Of a DNA stretch of 64,000 bases, positions 8,890 through 19,106 are shown one piece after another (the stretch's first letter is position 1; the number at the start of each line of letters is the position of its first letter). The notes beneath the pieces were generated by a model. The model did not search any database. It saw only the letters and a list, made by a program, of their open reading frames with translations, and was not told the origin of the DNA. The DNA comes from Candidatus Omnitrophota bacterium. Lineage in GTDB: Bacteria; Omnitrophota; Gorgyraeia; B26-G9. Where the stretch lies: positions 17,721 through 81,720 of the forward strand of contig JAHITY010000114.1 in assembly GCA_018817165.1 (NCBI GenBank), written 5' to 3'. The position numbers and the translations under genes were made by a program.

Positions 8890-10517
8890 TGAATTTAAAA
8901 AAAATAAAATATATATCTTTAGGTTTATTTGCTTGTTTAGTTATTTTTCATATTGCAAACAATCTCTTTTTTTTAGCAAGAAATCCTTTGCCTGAGGGAA
9001 AGGATAGTTATGCTCATATAACCGCGTTTTCTAATTTTAAACAGATTATAGAAAACATTCAAAATAATCCTTTTTTTAGAAGTGAAAAAAGTTTGGTTTA
9101 CAATCTTGTATTTGTAGTTATTGATTACCCGCCATTGTTTTACATGAGTGCTTATTTGATAAATCTTCTATTAGGAAGCTTTCTGCTCAATGCTGTTTTA
9201 TTGACCAATACTTTTTATATGATTATTTTACTGCTCAGTGTTTATTTTATTGCCAATAGAATAAACCCAATAGCTGCTATTATTAGTGCTTTTGTATGTA
9301 GTATGTATCCTATTGTGTTTATAGCGTCTCGTCATTTCAGCCTTGAACTTGCTATTGCATCGATTGCGGCTTTAAGTGTTTTATTATTAATTAAAACAGA
9401 TTGTTTTTTAGATAGAAAAAACTCATTTTATTTAGGGGTTTGTTTAGGGTTAGGAATGCTTATAAAGCAGACATTTATAATTTATGTAGGCGGACCTTTA
9501 ATTTTCTATGTTTGGACAAGCTTAATTGCCGAACAACCAGTTTCGGCTAAGAATAAGAAAAAAGTTAATATAACTCTTTGTTTGCTGATAGGGGTTCTTA
9601 TTAGTTTAATATTTTACTATAATAAGGCAGTTTATTTTAATATTTTAAACAGAGCTGGGTTTATTGGTGCAGTAAATAGTGCTAATTTATTTTCTTTAGA
9701 GCATATTACGTATTATTTTCGTATATTGCCTCAGACTATTGGTTATTTTTTCTTATTGGTTCTGGTTGGTTGTTTATTTTATTTAAGAAATATAAAAGCT
9801 GAAATTAGAACAGTTTTAGGTTTATGGTTATTAGTTCCGCTTGTTTTTTTCACATTCGTGAAACTTAAATATGGTGAATATACAATTGCTTATTTACCGG
9901 CATTGAGTTTAATCAGCGGAATAGTAATATCACAGATAAGTAAAAAGACTATCCGTGTTTTAGTAATTGCTAGTATGATCTTGATAGGGGGCCTTAATTA
10001 TTATTTACTTTCTTTTAATATTGTTAGCAATTTTTATTCGACGTATTATTTACCTGTTCCTGATGTTGAATTAGCTTATTCAGAAACTACAATTAAAACA
10101 CCAGATAAACTTTTAGAAGATATTGCCTTTAGTAATTCAAAAATTGGAATTTTTTATGATACAGATCCTAATACTTTAATTTTTCCATCATATTTCATTA
10201 GGTCTGTGGGTATTAATCCTAAAAAAAACGCACAAATAGTTGAGTTTTATTTTTCTCCGGACATATTTTTTCATGTTTTGGATGACTTTGATATAATGTT
10301 TTTTATTACGCACTCCGAAGAATCATGGATAACAGAACAAAGCTTTAATCAGTTAATCTGTGAAATAAATGATAAACAAATGAATCTATTGCAAATTAAA
10401 CAGGCTGATATAATAAGGCTTATTAATTTTGTTGGTAAGTTTGCAAAACCCGATATGATAATTTTTGACAAGCCAAATAAGCAGGAAAAAATATATATTT
10501 ACAAAAGGAATAAATAA
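8889..10517 (+). CDS. Multi-pass membrane protein, GT-C superfamily glycosyltransferase-like (ArnT/PMT-like).
   Basis: At least 10 predicted hydrophobic helices in the N-terminal two thirds and a soluble C-terminal domain; start codon overlaps the stop of 8113..8889. Confidence 0.5.
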   Translation: MNLKKIKYISLGLFACLVIFHIANNLFFLARNPLPEGKDSYAHITAFSNFKQIIENIQNNPFFRSEKSLVYNLVFVVIDYPPLFYMSAYLINLLLGSFLLNAVLLTNTFYMIILLLSVYFIANRINPIAAIISAFVCSMYPIVFIASRHFSLELAIASIAALSVLLLIKTDCFLDRKNSFYLGVCLGLGMLIKQTFIIYVGGPLIFYVWTSLIAEQPVSAKNKKKVNITLCLLIGVLISLIFYYNKAVYFNILNRAGFIGAVNSANLFSLEHITYYFRILPQTIGYFFLLVLVGCLFYLRNIKAEIRTVLGLWLLVPLVFFTFVKLKYGEYTIAYLPALSLISGIVISQISKKTIRVLVIASMILIGGLNYYLLSFNIVSNFYSTYYLPVPDVELAYSETTIKTPDKLLEDIAFSNSKIGIFYDTDPNTLIFPSYFIRSVGINPKKNAQIVEFYFSPDIFFHVLDDFDIMFFITHSEESWITEQSFNQLICEINDKQMNLLQIKQADIIRLINFVGKFAKPDMIIFDKPNKQEKIYIYKRNK

Positions 10518-11579
10518 ATGCTGCGCAGTATGTGTTCACAATTAAATAATTTAATTTCTTTTCGTAAACTTTTTTCCTTTAGACAAGTTATGTCTGGGGT
10601 GAGATATTTTCCGGCTACAGTAAATTTTTTGATAACTAATAAGTGTAATCTAAATTGTAGTATTTGCTCTGCTCATGGAATGCTTGATAATAGCCAGCAG
10701 CTCTCGGCTAAGGAGATTGTGGGATTTATTAAAAAAATTTCCAGATATAAACCAGCTATTTTTTTTGGGGGAGGAGAGCCTTTTATTCGGAAAGATATTT
10801 TTGAAATTCTTGCTGCAACTAAAAAAAATGGTTTAAAGTACGGCATTGTTACAAATGGAACAATGCTTGATGAGCATAATATAAAAAGATTATTTGATTT
10901 TGCGCCTGAAATAATAATTTTCTCAGTACATGGCGATGAGATAAGTCATGATGCTAAAACAGGGAAAAAGGGGGCATTTGTAGCTTTATATAAAGCAATT
11001 AAACTTGCAGTTAAACATAAAAAGAAAACAGATATACTGCTTAATGCAGTTATAACTCAAGATAATTATTTAGATCTGGAAAAAATAGTAGTGCTGGGAA
11101 AAGAATTGGGTGTAAATAGGGTAAGGTTTGAGAATCTTATTTTTCTTTCTGAGCTGGAATATGCGCAACATTTAGCAGGGTGTGTAGGTGTTTTAAAAGA
11201 AAAACAAGCTGAAATGACTACTTATATTAAAGATATCAATTGTCCAAAAATTGGTCCTGATATGCAAAAAGAGGTTTTACGTTTAAAACAAAAGTATGGT
11301 AGTTTTGTGATATTTAAGCCTTATATGACTGATCATGAACGATCAAGATGGTTTGAACAGGGGTTTAAGTTTAATCGAAAGTGTATGTTTGTTAGGCATT
11401 CAGTATTTATAAGACCAAATGGAGATATTATTCCTTGTCAGTTTTTTTCTAATTATAAATTAGGCAATATTAAAACAGATGATCTTTCTCGTGTTTGGCA
11501 GGAGGAGAAGCGCAAAAAATTCACTAAAATCTTAAACAAGGAAATTTTACCTGGATGCATGAGGTGTTGTAAATTATGA
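10518..11579 (+). CDS. Radical SAM/SPASM-domain protein.
   Basis: TNKCNLNCSICSAHG (Cx3Cx2C), GGGEPFIRKD, C-terminal Cys-rich SPASM/twitch region (CPKIG...CMFVRH...IPCQFF...LPGCMRCC). Confidence 0.75.
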   Translation: MLRSMCSQLNNLISFRKLFSFRQVMSGVRYFPATVNFLITNKCNLNCSICSAHGMLDNSQQLSAKEIVGFIKKISRYKPAIFFGGGEPFIRKDIFEILAATKKNGLKYGIVTNGTMLDEHNIKRLFDFAPEIIIFSVHGDEISHDAKTGKKGAFVALYKAIKLAVKHKKKTDILLNAVITQDNYLDLEKIVVLGKELGVNRVRFENLIFLSELEYAQHLAGCVGVLKEKQAEMTTYIKDINCPKIGPDMQKEVLRLKQKYGSFVIFKPYMTDHERSRWFEQGFKFNRKCMFVRHSVFIRPNGDIIPCQFFSNYKLGNIKTDDLSRVWQEEKRKKFTKILNKEILPGCMRCCKL

Positions 11580-12133
11580 GAATTATTTTAGACAAATGTT
11601 ATGATATTATAAAGAAGTTTGCATTAAAAAATATTAAACTAAAAGATGATTCATACGTTTTAGATATAGGATGCGGTTTAAAGGGTAATTTCTGGGGATT
11701 TAAGCCAAAAGCTTATTTTGGTTTGGATAATAATCCTAAAATCACAGAAAAAAACACTAAAAATAATAATGGAAATTATAAATTATATGATGTTTGTCAA
11801 GGTTTGCCGTTTGCCAATAAGTCATTTGATTATGTTATTTCTGTAAGTTTTTTTCATCATCTTAGCGATGAGCAGGCAAAGCAGCTTATTATTCAGATCA
11901 AAAGGACATTAAAAGCAAATGGCAGAGCGATTATGGTTGATGGAGTTTTTCCACAATCAAAATCGAATATTATTGGATACTTATTAAGATTTTTTGATAG
12001 GGGCAGGTATGTGCGTAAGGCTAGTGACTTTGAGGCATTGTTTGTAGATGAATTTAATATTGAAGAAAAATATGGTTTTACTGAGAAAATTTTTGCTTAT
12101 ACTGCTTTACTGCTGAGGCCTAAAAATGATTAA
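11576..12133 (+). CDS. Class I SAM-dependent methyltransferase (small).
   Basis: Motif I VLDIGCGLKGNF and acidic motif II region GLDNNPK; 185 aa; ATGA overlap with the upstream gene. Confidence 0.55.
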   Translation: MRIILDKCYDIIKKFALKNIKLKDDSYVLDIGCGLKGNFWGFKPKAYFGLDNNPKITEKNTKNNNGNYKLYDVCQGLPFANKSFDYVISVSFFHHLSDEQAKQLIIQIKRTLKANGRAIMVDGVFPQSKSNIIGYLLRFFDRGRYVRKASDFEALFVDEFNIEEKYGFTEKIFAYTALLLRPKND

Positions 12134-13532
12134 ATATAATTCAAAATATCTTAACCAGAATCAAATAATCAAATTTATTTTTTATGCTATATTATTTTTA
12201 GGCACTTTTATTCGCTTATTTGTTCTTCTTAATTCAGACAATTTTCATGGTATTGCTGCGGGAAAAGTTGTTTGTGCTCAGAGTTTAATTAAACATCCTA
12301 ATTATCTTGAATCCTGGATTATTCCGGCGCATGGCCCCATACATCTTTATCTTATTGCTTTTGTTTGTAAACTGTTTAATGACCCTATTTTTGCTCCGCG
12401 ATTAATTAGTTTGTTTGCCGGAGTGGGTTTTATTGTGGTTTACTATAATTTTATTAAAAATGCTTTTGATCAGAAAATTGCATTGCTCAGCAGCTTTATG
12501 ATTGCATTTTTTCCTTTGCATATTGTTCATAGTGTACTCTCAACAGCTGAGGCTAGTTTTTTATTCTTGCTCTGCTGTGGACTTTTTTTTATGGAACAGT
12601 ATTTAACTAATCAAAAAGATAGATATCTAATTTATTCCGCTATATTCATTAGTATGGCTAGTATGTGTAGGTTTGAAGGAGGGCTTTTTATATTATTTGT
12701 AAGTTTATTCCTGATTAAACAGTATAAAAAAATATTTATGTTTATTGGTATTGCCTCAATATTACCTTTATTGTGGATGTTTTTTAATTATCAATATTCC
12801 GGAAGTTTTTTGCTCTTTCTTTCGGCGAGTGATTCGATTGTGCACACTGAATTTGAATACCTTCGCAGTTTAGGAGAGAATATTACATTTTTTAGAAAAT
12901 TATTTTATTGGCCAAGTCAATTATTAGCTTATTTCGGATGGCCCATATTTTTAATCGGTTTGTTTGGTTTGATGAAAATTGGATATAAAAAGAATAAAAG
13001 AATATTGTTTCTATTTTTAATGATAATTATTTTTTTTATGTTTAAAACACTGAAGGAGGAATTAGCCATGCAGCCGCGTTACGGGCTTAGTTTAGCGATT
13101 CTTTTTATTCCTTTTTTTTCTTTGGCTTTTGTGGAGATATTAAGAAAAGTAAATTCCAAAAGAAGAGCAGTGGTTTTATTAATTTTGATAATTTATGTTT
13201 TGCTAAGAGGAACTTATTTGACCGCTGTATGTATTCCGAAGACTCCGGATTGGCTGGTTTATACCGGGGCGTTCTTGCATGATAATCTTGAAGGTGATAA
13301 TGCTGTTTATATTGATTCCGAAGAGGATAATTATAAAGATCCTTTAAAATTAGAAATAAATACAGATATTGATAGGTTTATTGGTAAAAACCATTTTTTT
13401 CGGCATCTGGAATTGATGGACCCTTTGGGGCGAAAACGTTTGAAATATGTAGTTTTAATATCTAAAAGAAAAATGCAAAATCTAAAACAAGTGTTTAAGG
13501 CAGGGGACTGTAAAGTATATGAAGTTGAATAA
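12126..13532 (+). CDS. GT-C family membrane glycosyltransferase-like protein (ArnT/PMT-like). Tandem paralog of 13519..15036.
   Basis: Polytopic membrane protein; conserved blocks shared with 13519 (PAHGPIHLYLIA / PVHPPGHILFVI; ASMCRFEGG / ASMCRYEGL; MQPRYGLSL / LQPRYGITL). Confidence 0.55.
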   Translation: MIKYNSKYLNQNQIIKFIFYAILFLGTFIRLFVLLNSDNFHGIAAGKVVCAQSLIKHPNYLESWIIPAHGPIHLYLIAFVCKLFNDPIFAPRLISLFAGVGFIVVYYNFIKNAFDQKIALLSSFMIAFFPLHIVHSVLSTAEASFLFLLCCGLFFMEQYLTNQKDRYLIYSAIFISMASMCRFEGGLFILFVSLFLIKQYKKIFMFIGIASILPLLWMFFNYQYSGSFLLFLSASDSIVHTEFEYLRSLGENITFFRKLFYWPSQLLAYFGWPIFLIGLFGLMKIGYKKNKRILFLFLMIIIFFMFKTLKEELAMQPRYGLSLAILFIPFFSLAFVEILRKVNSKRRAVVLLILIIYVLLRGTYLTAVCIPKTPDWLVYTGAFLHDNLEGDNAVYIDSEEDNYKDPLKLEINTDIDRFIGKNHFFRHLELMDPLGRKRLKYVVLISKRKMQNLKQVFKAGDCKVYEVE

Positions 13533-15036
13533 TAATTCAGATCAGACATTAAATTCAATATTATCTAAGCATAAGGAATATTTATTAGTCGGATTAATTT
13601 TATTATTGGCTTTTATTATTCGTATGGGGATTTTGCTTCATACTGTTGATTTCCATGGGATATCAAATGGGAGGATACTGGAAGCGCAAATGATTTTAAA
13701 TGACCCTTTAAATCTTAAATTATGGGTGCCAGTACATCCGCCGGGTCATATCCTGTTTGTCATAATCGGGATAAAACTATTTGGGTCTTTTTTTGCCATT
13801 TCTAGAATTATCAGTCTTGGCTTTGGAATGATGACAATATTAATTTCTTATTTATATTTAAAACAAGTGTTTAATAAGCAAATCGCACTTTTTTCTATTT
13901 TAGCTATTAGCTTATATTCAGCGCATATTGTATATAGTATTATCGGGACATCAGAGACAATGTTCCATTTCTTTTTATTCCTTAGTCTTTATCTTTATGA
14001 ACAGTTCAAACGGAAAAGTAATTTATCTTTATTGTATCTGTTTGGTCTGAGTGTTGGGTTTGCCAGTATGTGTCGTTACGAGGGATTGCTGCTTATTCCA
14101 TTTTATCTTTTTTTTCTGAGAAAGAGCAAGATAAATATAATGGGCTTTATATCTTTTGCTTTATTATTTCCGTTGGCCTGGATGTTAGTAAATTATTTAG
14201 CTTTTGGTAGTCCTATCGAATTCTTAGCAAGTAATAACTTTATAGTGCCTCAGCAGATTAATTGGATCAGAGACAATGGATTTAATATAGATTTTATTTA
14301 TAAGTTTTTATTTTGGCCAAAGGCGATGATTTCCACATTAGGAATAGCTGTTTTTGTTTTTGGTTGGCTAGGACTTATTTATGCTCAATTAAATCGCCAG
14401 GCCAATGTCTTGGGAGGTTTGTTTATAGTATTATTTGCAATTTTCGTGATTAATACTTTGAGAGAAATGCTTTATTTGCAACCGCGTTATGGGATAACCT
14501 TAGGGCTTATGCTGATACCGTTTAGTGTATATTGTTTTATGAAAGTAATTGAGAAAATCGATTCGAGAATTCCCCGATGGACTGTATTAATTCTATTGTG
14601 GACAATGATTATCCCTATTGGAAGTCAAGTTTTAGGAAGTTCATTGTTTGCTCCGGAATTCGCTAAAAATACAGCTTTTTATTTGAAAGAAAATCGAAAT
14701 TTGGGATCAAATATTATGATCGACCATTGTGGAGATGAAAAGTTTAGAGAACCGATAAAGGTTTTAAGTAGAATTGATCCGATCTATTTTAGCTTAATGC
14801 CTGTAATGATAGATGAGAATAATGATTATGTAATTGATCAAGAAAAGTTTTTTAAAATGATTGAAAACAATAATATAGAAACATTAGTGTATTCACCTTA
14901 TGGTGATTTAGCTGGTATTTTAAAACTAAATATTGAAAATATTCCACAGCAAAGACGGAATTTTTTATTTACACTTAAACATAAAAATGCACCGTATTAT
15001 ATTTATGATATTAAGAAAGTTAAAAATGATAAATAA
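13519..15036 (+). CDS. GT-C family membrane glycosyltransferase-like protein. Tandem paralog of 12126..13532.
   Basis: See 12126..13532; 14-nt overlap with the upstream gene. Confidence 0.55.
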   Translation: MKLNNNSDQTLNSILSKHKEYLLVGLILLLAFIIRMGILLHTVDFHGISNGRILEAQMILNDPLNLKLWVPVHPPGHILFVIIGIKLFGSFFAISRIISLGFGMMTILISYLYLKQVFNKQIALFSILAISLYSAHIVYSIIGTSETMFHFFLFLSLYLYEQFKRKSNLSLLYLFGLSVGFASMCRYEGLLLIPFYLFFLRKSKINIMGFISFALLFPLAWMLVNYLAFGSPIEFLASNNFIVPQQINWIRDNGFNIDFIYKFLFWPKAMISTLGIAVFVFGWLGLIYAQLNRQANVLGGLFIVLFAIFVINTLREMLYLQPRYGITLGLMLIPFSVYCFMKVIEKIDSRIPRWTVLILLWTMIIPIGSQVLGSSLFAPEFAKNTAFYLKENRNLGSNIMIDHCGDEKFREPIKVLSRIDPIYFSLMPVMIDENNDYVIDQEKFFKMIENNNIETLVYSPYGDLAGILKLNIENIPQQRRNFLFTLKHKNAPYYIYDIKKVKNDK

Positions 15037-16276
15037 AATCTGCAGGGGAACGATTAATTTTACAAGCCCAATGATGATAAATTTCCTGGGGAATTTGGCT
15101 ATAAGCCGTAAGGCAGGTAATGGTCTAATTTTGGATTTTCAAAATCAGTTTGCCGACTATATTAATATTGATCATGCTATTGCTGTTTCTTGTGCAAAGA
15201 CAGCATTGAGTTTGGCATTGCAGGCTTTAGGAGCTAAAGCTGATGATCAGATTATTGTGCCTAGTTATACAGTGACAGAGGTAATTGATGTTATTATAGC
15301 TCAAGGGCTTAAGCCTGTTTTTATTGATATAAGTTTGTGCGATGGTAATATGATTCCTGAATTAATTGAACAAGAAATTACTAAAAGCACAAAATTTATT
15401 TTAATGACACATATGCATGGCAATCCATGTGATATAGATTCTATAATTATGCTGGCTGATAAGCATGGTATTGCGGTGATTGAAGATGCTGCTCAGGCAT
15501 GCGGGGCAGAGTATAAAGATAAAAAAATAGGCTGCTTTGGTAAGATTGCTTATTTTAGCTTTAATATGTTTAAAAATATTAATACATTAGGCGGATCAAT
15601 GCTGGTTACTAATGATTTAAAACTTGCTGATGAAATAAAAAAAATAAGCAGTCACTTTAAGCCAATTTCTAAAATAGAACTGATGAAAAGATTTTTTAAG
15701 GCAATGATCCTTGCTTCTGTTACAAAACCGCCTATATTTCCTTTATTGGTTTATCCTGTTTTAAAATTAATGGGAGTACAGAAGCATAAAAGTATAGATA
15801 AAAAGCTCAAAGTTAAATTATTGAGCAGAAGTAAATTAAAAAAAATTGATAGATTGTTTTCACCAGCACAAGCAGGATTAGGTTTATTACAGCTTAAAAA
15901 ATTGGATAAATTAAATCAGGATAAAATTAATAATGCATTGGTTTTAAATGAAAAGTTATCAACAGTCAAAGATATTGTAATCTGTAAATCTCAAACAGGG
16001 ATTAAGTGTATTTATTTAAACTATGTAATTATGGTTAAAAACCGCCAAGGTCTGATTGATTTCTTATTTGATAAGGGAATAGATATAAGCCCCGGATTTG
16101 TGCAGGCATGCGCTTATATTAGAGAATTTGAACCATTTGCCGCTGATTGTCCGAATAGTTTGGCTCTTGAGCAGGGTAATCTATATTTGCCTATATATCA
16201 TCCACTAAACAGTAAACATATGATTAAAATCGCAGCATTAATCGGGAAATATTATGAGCCGAAAACTAGAACTTAA
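15026..16276 (+). CDS. DegT/DnrJ/EryC1/StrS-family PLP-dependent sugar aminotransferase. Start moved to the ATG at 15026.
   Basis: DHAIAVSCAKTALSLAL..DDQIIVPSYTV...GIAVIEDAAQACGAEY...FSFNMFKNINTLGGSMLVTN (Lys-containing PLP region). The ATG at 15026 overlaps the upstream stop (ATGATAA arrangement), and the 14933 start in the track would overlap the upstream gene by ~100 nt. Confidence 0.75.
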   Translation: MINKICRGTINFTSPMMINFLGNLAISRKAGNGLILDFQNQFADYINIDHAIAVSCAKTALSLALQALGAKADDQIIVPSYTVTEVIDVIIAQGLKPVFIDISLCDGNMIPELIEQEITKSTKFILMTHMHGNPCDIDSIIMLADKHGIAVIEDAAQACGAEYKDKKIGCFGKIAYFSFNMFKNINTLGGSMLVTNDLKLADEIKKISSHFKPISKIELMKRFFKAMILASVTKPPIFPLLVYPVLKLMGVQKHKSIDKKLKVKLLSRSKLKKIDRLFSPAQAGLGLLQLKKLDKLNQDKINNALVLNEKLSTVKDIVICKSQTGIKCIYLNYVIMVKNRQGLIDFLFDKGIDISPGFVQACAYIREFEPFAADCPNSLALEQGNLYLPIYHPLNSKHMIKIAALIGKYYEPKTRT

Positions 16277-17678
16277 TCCTATTTACAGTATTTTATTAAA
16301 GAATCATTTAATTGTCGCAATATGTTTATTTATTGATGCTTTTTTAATAAGGTTTGCCTTTTTAATAAGTTCAGATAATATCTTTGGGCAGGCACCGATG
16401 CTGAATATTATGACTTCTTTGCATGTTTTAACTGATCAGGCTTTGCTTAATAATGTATATTATCAGCAGTTGCCATTTTTCTTGTATAGTATCGCTGGGG
16501 CAGTGAAATTAGGCTCTGAACAGATTCTAAGCCCCAGATTTTTAGTTGCCCTTATTTCTAGTCTTTCATTGATTCCTTATTATTATTTAGTAAAAAAAGT
16601 ATTTAATAGTAAAATTGCATTGTTTTCCGGATTGCTTTTATATAGTTATTATATGCATATTATTGTAAGCATTATTAGTATGCCTGATGCCATATGTATT
16701 GGTTTTTTATTTTTTTGTTTATGGATGTTATTTATTGATAAATATCTTATATCGGCAATATTCTGTCTGATTGCCTGCGGTTATAGTTATCTAGGATGGA
16801 TACTAGTTCCAGTTTTATTTTCATCTATTTTTTTAAAGAAACATAAAACTCTAAAACAAAATCTTTTTAATGGGATTTTATTTTTGAGCATAGCTTGTTT
16901 ATTGCCATTGATATGGACTCAGGTAATTGAGAACAATTATGGGCAAGCCTGGTTATGGTATAAGAATTTTCATAATCCTGATAGTGTGTATACTTTTTTA
17001 TTTCTAGCAGGAAGAAGTATGCAGGGAATATTAAGCGATTTATTTTTAAAGCCAGGATCAATAATATTTTGTCTTAGCTTTATTGGAGTGATTTTTGCTC
17101 CAAATAAAAAAGAGCGATATCCCTATATTTTTTGCATAACTGCAACAATATTAATCCTCAGTGTGCATGTTTTTCGCAAAGAGATATTGATTGTAGACCA
17201 GGGAATCTTATTTATTTGGGCATTGCTTATTCCTTATTTAATTTTTGGTTTATTCTTTGTTTTAAGAAAGTTAAGATTAAACCATAAAGTATACGGATTG
17301 ATTATAGTAAGTATTATATGTAGTGTTTCATTAGTAACTGGATTTTTTCAAAGACCAAAGATTCCTCAATCAGTCACGGAAGTAAGCTGGTGGCTTCAGG
17401 AAAATGCAGATGCTAATTCTTTGATTTATCTCCAAAAACAAGATAAAGGTTATCATAGCGCGATTGTTATGCAAAGCAAATTGCCGCAGAAAAATTTTAG
17501 TTTTTTGGAAGATAATAATTTGCAGAATATTGCGCATATGGATAAAAAACAGTATCTTATACTCCCGGTATCAGAGGTGGAATATATGGATTTAGAGCAA
17601 TGGGAGAGTAAAGATAAGCTTAAAGAATATTTAATATTTATGAAAAATAAAGAAGGCAGCAGGACACAAAGACACTAG
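16254..17678 (+). CDS. Polytopic membrane protein, probable GT-C-like glycosyltransferase.
   Basis: More than 10 hydrophobic helices, loosely similar in architecture to the 12126/13519 proteins; last gene of the operon. Confidence 0.4.
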   Translation: MSRKLELNPIYSILLKNHLIVAICLFIDAFLIRFAFLISSDNIFGQAPMLNIMTSLHVLTDQALLNNVYYQQLPFFLYSIAGAVKLGSEQILSPRFLVALISSLSLIPYYYLVKKVFNSKIALFSGLLLYSYYMHIIVSIISMPDAICIGFLFFCLWMLFIDKYLISAIFCLIACGYSYLGWILVPVLFSSIFLKKHKTLKQNLFNGILFLSIACLLPLIWTQVIENNYGQAWLWYKNFHNPDSVYTFLFLAGRSMQGILSDLFLKPGSIIFCLSFIGVIFAPNKKERYPYIFCITATILILSVHVFRKEILIVDQGILFIWALLIPYLIFGLFFVLRKLRLNHKVYGLIIVSIICSVSLVTGFFQRPKIPQSVTEVSWWLQENADANSLIYLQKQDKGYHSAIVMQSKLPQKNFSFLEDNNLQNIAHMDKKQYLILPVSEVEYMDLEQWESKDKLKEYLIFMKNKEGSRTQRH

Positions 17679-17739
17679 GGCTCAAGGATGAAAAGACGAA
17701 AAAGTAGCGGACACAAGGTTGCAAGCTAAAAGCGATAAA

Positions 17740-17886
17740 CTATAAAGGGCAGGAATAATTATTTAGGCGGGTTTGAAGCCTGATTTTGGTAGGACTGGCA
17801 AAATCAGAGATTCATCCTCGGAGTCCCGCACGATGCGGGACGAGAATGAGCCAAAATGATTGATTCCTGACAGCCTTCGATAAAGT
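17740..17886 (+). ncRNA. Copy B of the conserved ~148-bp structured element (see 4034..4181).
   Basis: Near-identical to 4034..4181; located 129 bp upstream of the GT1 gene at 18015. Confidence 0.45.
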
Positions 17887-18014
17887 GGTTATCAAAACTA
17901 AAACAGTTTGTAAAATTAATAAAGTTGAAAGTTTATAAAGTTTACAGGAATTAGGAATTAGAAAAAGGTAGAAACTAAACGCTAATCGCTATACGCTAAA
18001 AGCTGAACTATAAT

Positions 18015-19106
18015 ATGAAAATAATATTTATTACTCGAGAAAGTAAAGAAATGCCAGCAGTGAGAGTTCGCTGTTACGGGTTTGCCCGGTATCTAAATAA
18101 AGCAGGGATTGAAACAGAGATATTTTCTTTTGCGGATAATTTAGGGGCAAAAAGCGGTAAAGAAGAAGGGCAAATGTCTAGACTAGATAAACTTTTATAT
18201 AACTTAAAGGCGTTTAAATATCTTAAATCAAAAGATACTGTTTTAGTTTTACAGCGTTGTAATTATCACTCGCTTGCGCCGTTATTACTAAACTTGCTAT
18301 TTAAAAGAAAGCTTATTTTGGATTTAGATGATTGGGAAGCAAGGGAAAATATAGAATATCATTTTAATAAAATTCCTAAATCCATAGCATATGTGGCAAT
18401 GAGTTTTATTGCCAGGAGGAGTTGTTTGTGTATTGGCGCAAGCAAATTTTTAGTAAATTTTTTATCCCGGTATAATAAGAATTCAATTTATCTGCCCACA
18501 GGAGTGGATACAGAGATATTTAAGCCCAAAAAGCTGATGATTGAAAAAACTGACCTTGTTTTGTCCTGGATTGGGACTATCCATCGCCGGGATAATGTGG
18601 AAAATCTATGTTTTTTAATTGATTGTTTTATGATTCTAAGCCAGAAAAACTCGGGGATTAAATTGGAAATTATCGGTGCGGGGATTTATGATCAGGAAGT
18701 AAAACAATACATTGCCCAAGTAAACAGCAATTTGATTAAAATCAATGGGTGGATAGCGCCAGAACAAATTCCTGGATATCTTGATAATATAGATATTGGG
18801 GTTATGCCTTTGACTCAAAATACTAAATTCAACCTAGCGAAAAGTCCTACGCGGATGTTTGAGTATATGTCCATGGAAAAACCTTTTATTGCCAGTTGTT
18901 TGGGAGAGGCGCAAAGGGTTATTATCGATGGCCAAAATGGAATGTTGGCAATAACCCAGGATGATTTTGTTGAAAAATTGCAAATTCTGATCAAAGATAA
19001 GAAACTTAGACAGACTATGGGTAAAAAAGCGAGAAAAACAGTATTGGAAAAATACTCTTTGGAAAAAATCTCAAATGATTTGTTAACCTCAGTTAGGGGA
19101 ATATGA
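18015..19106 (+). CDS. Glycosyltransferase family 1.
   Basis: C-terminal GT1 region (FEYMSMEKPFIASCLGEAQRVIIDGQNGML); ~360 aa. Confidence 0.7.
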   Translation: MKIIFITRESKEMPAVRVRCYGFARYLNKAGIETEIFSFADNLGAKSGKEEGQMSRLDKLLYNLKAFKYLKSKDTVLVLQRCNYHSLAPLLLNLLFKRKLILDLDDWEARENIEYHFNKIPKSIAYVAMSFIARRSCLCIGASKFLVNFLSRYNKNSIYLPTGVDTEIFKPKKLMIEKTDLVLSWIGTIHRRDNVENLCFLIDCFMILSQKNSGIKLEIIGAGIYDQEVKQYIAQVNSNLIKINGWIAPEQIPGYLDNIDIGVMPLTQNTKFNLAKSPTRMFEYMSMEKPFIASCLGEAQRVIIDGQNGMLAITQDDFVEKLQILIKDKKLRQTMGKKARKTVLEKYSLEKISNDLLTSVRGI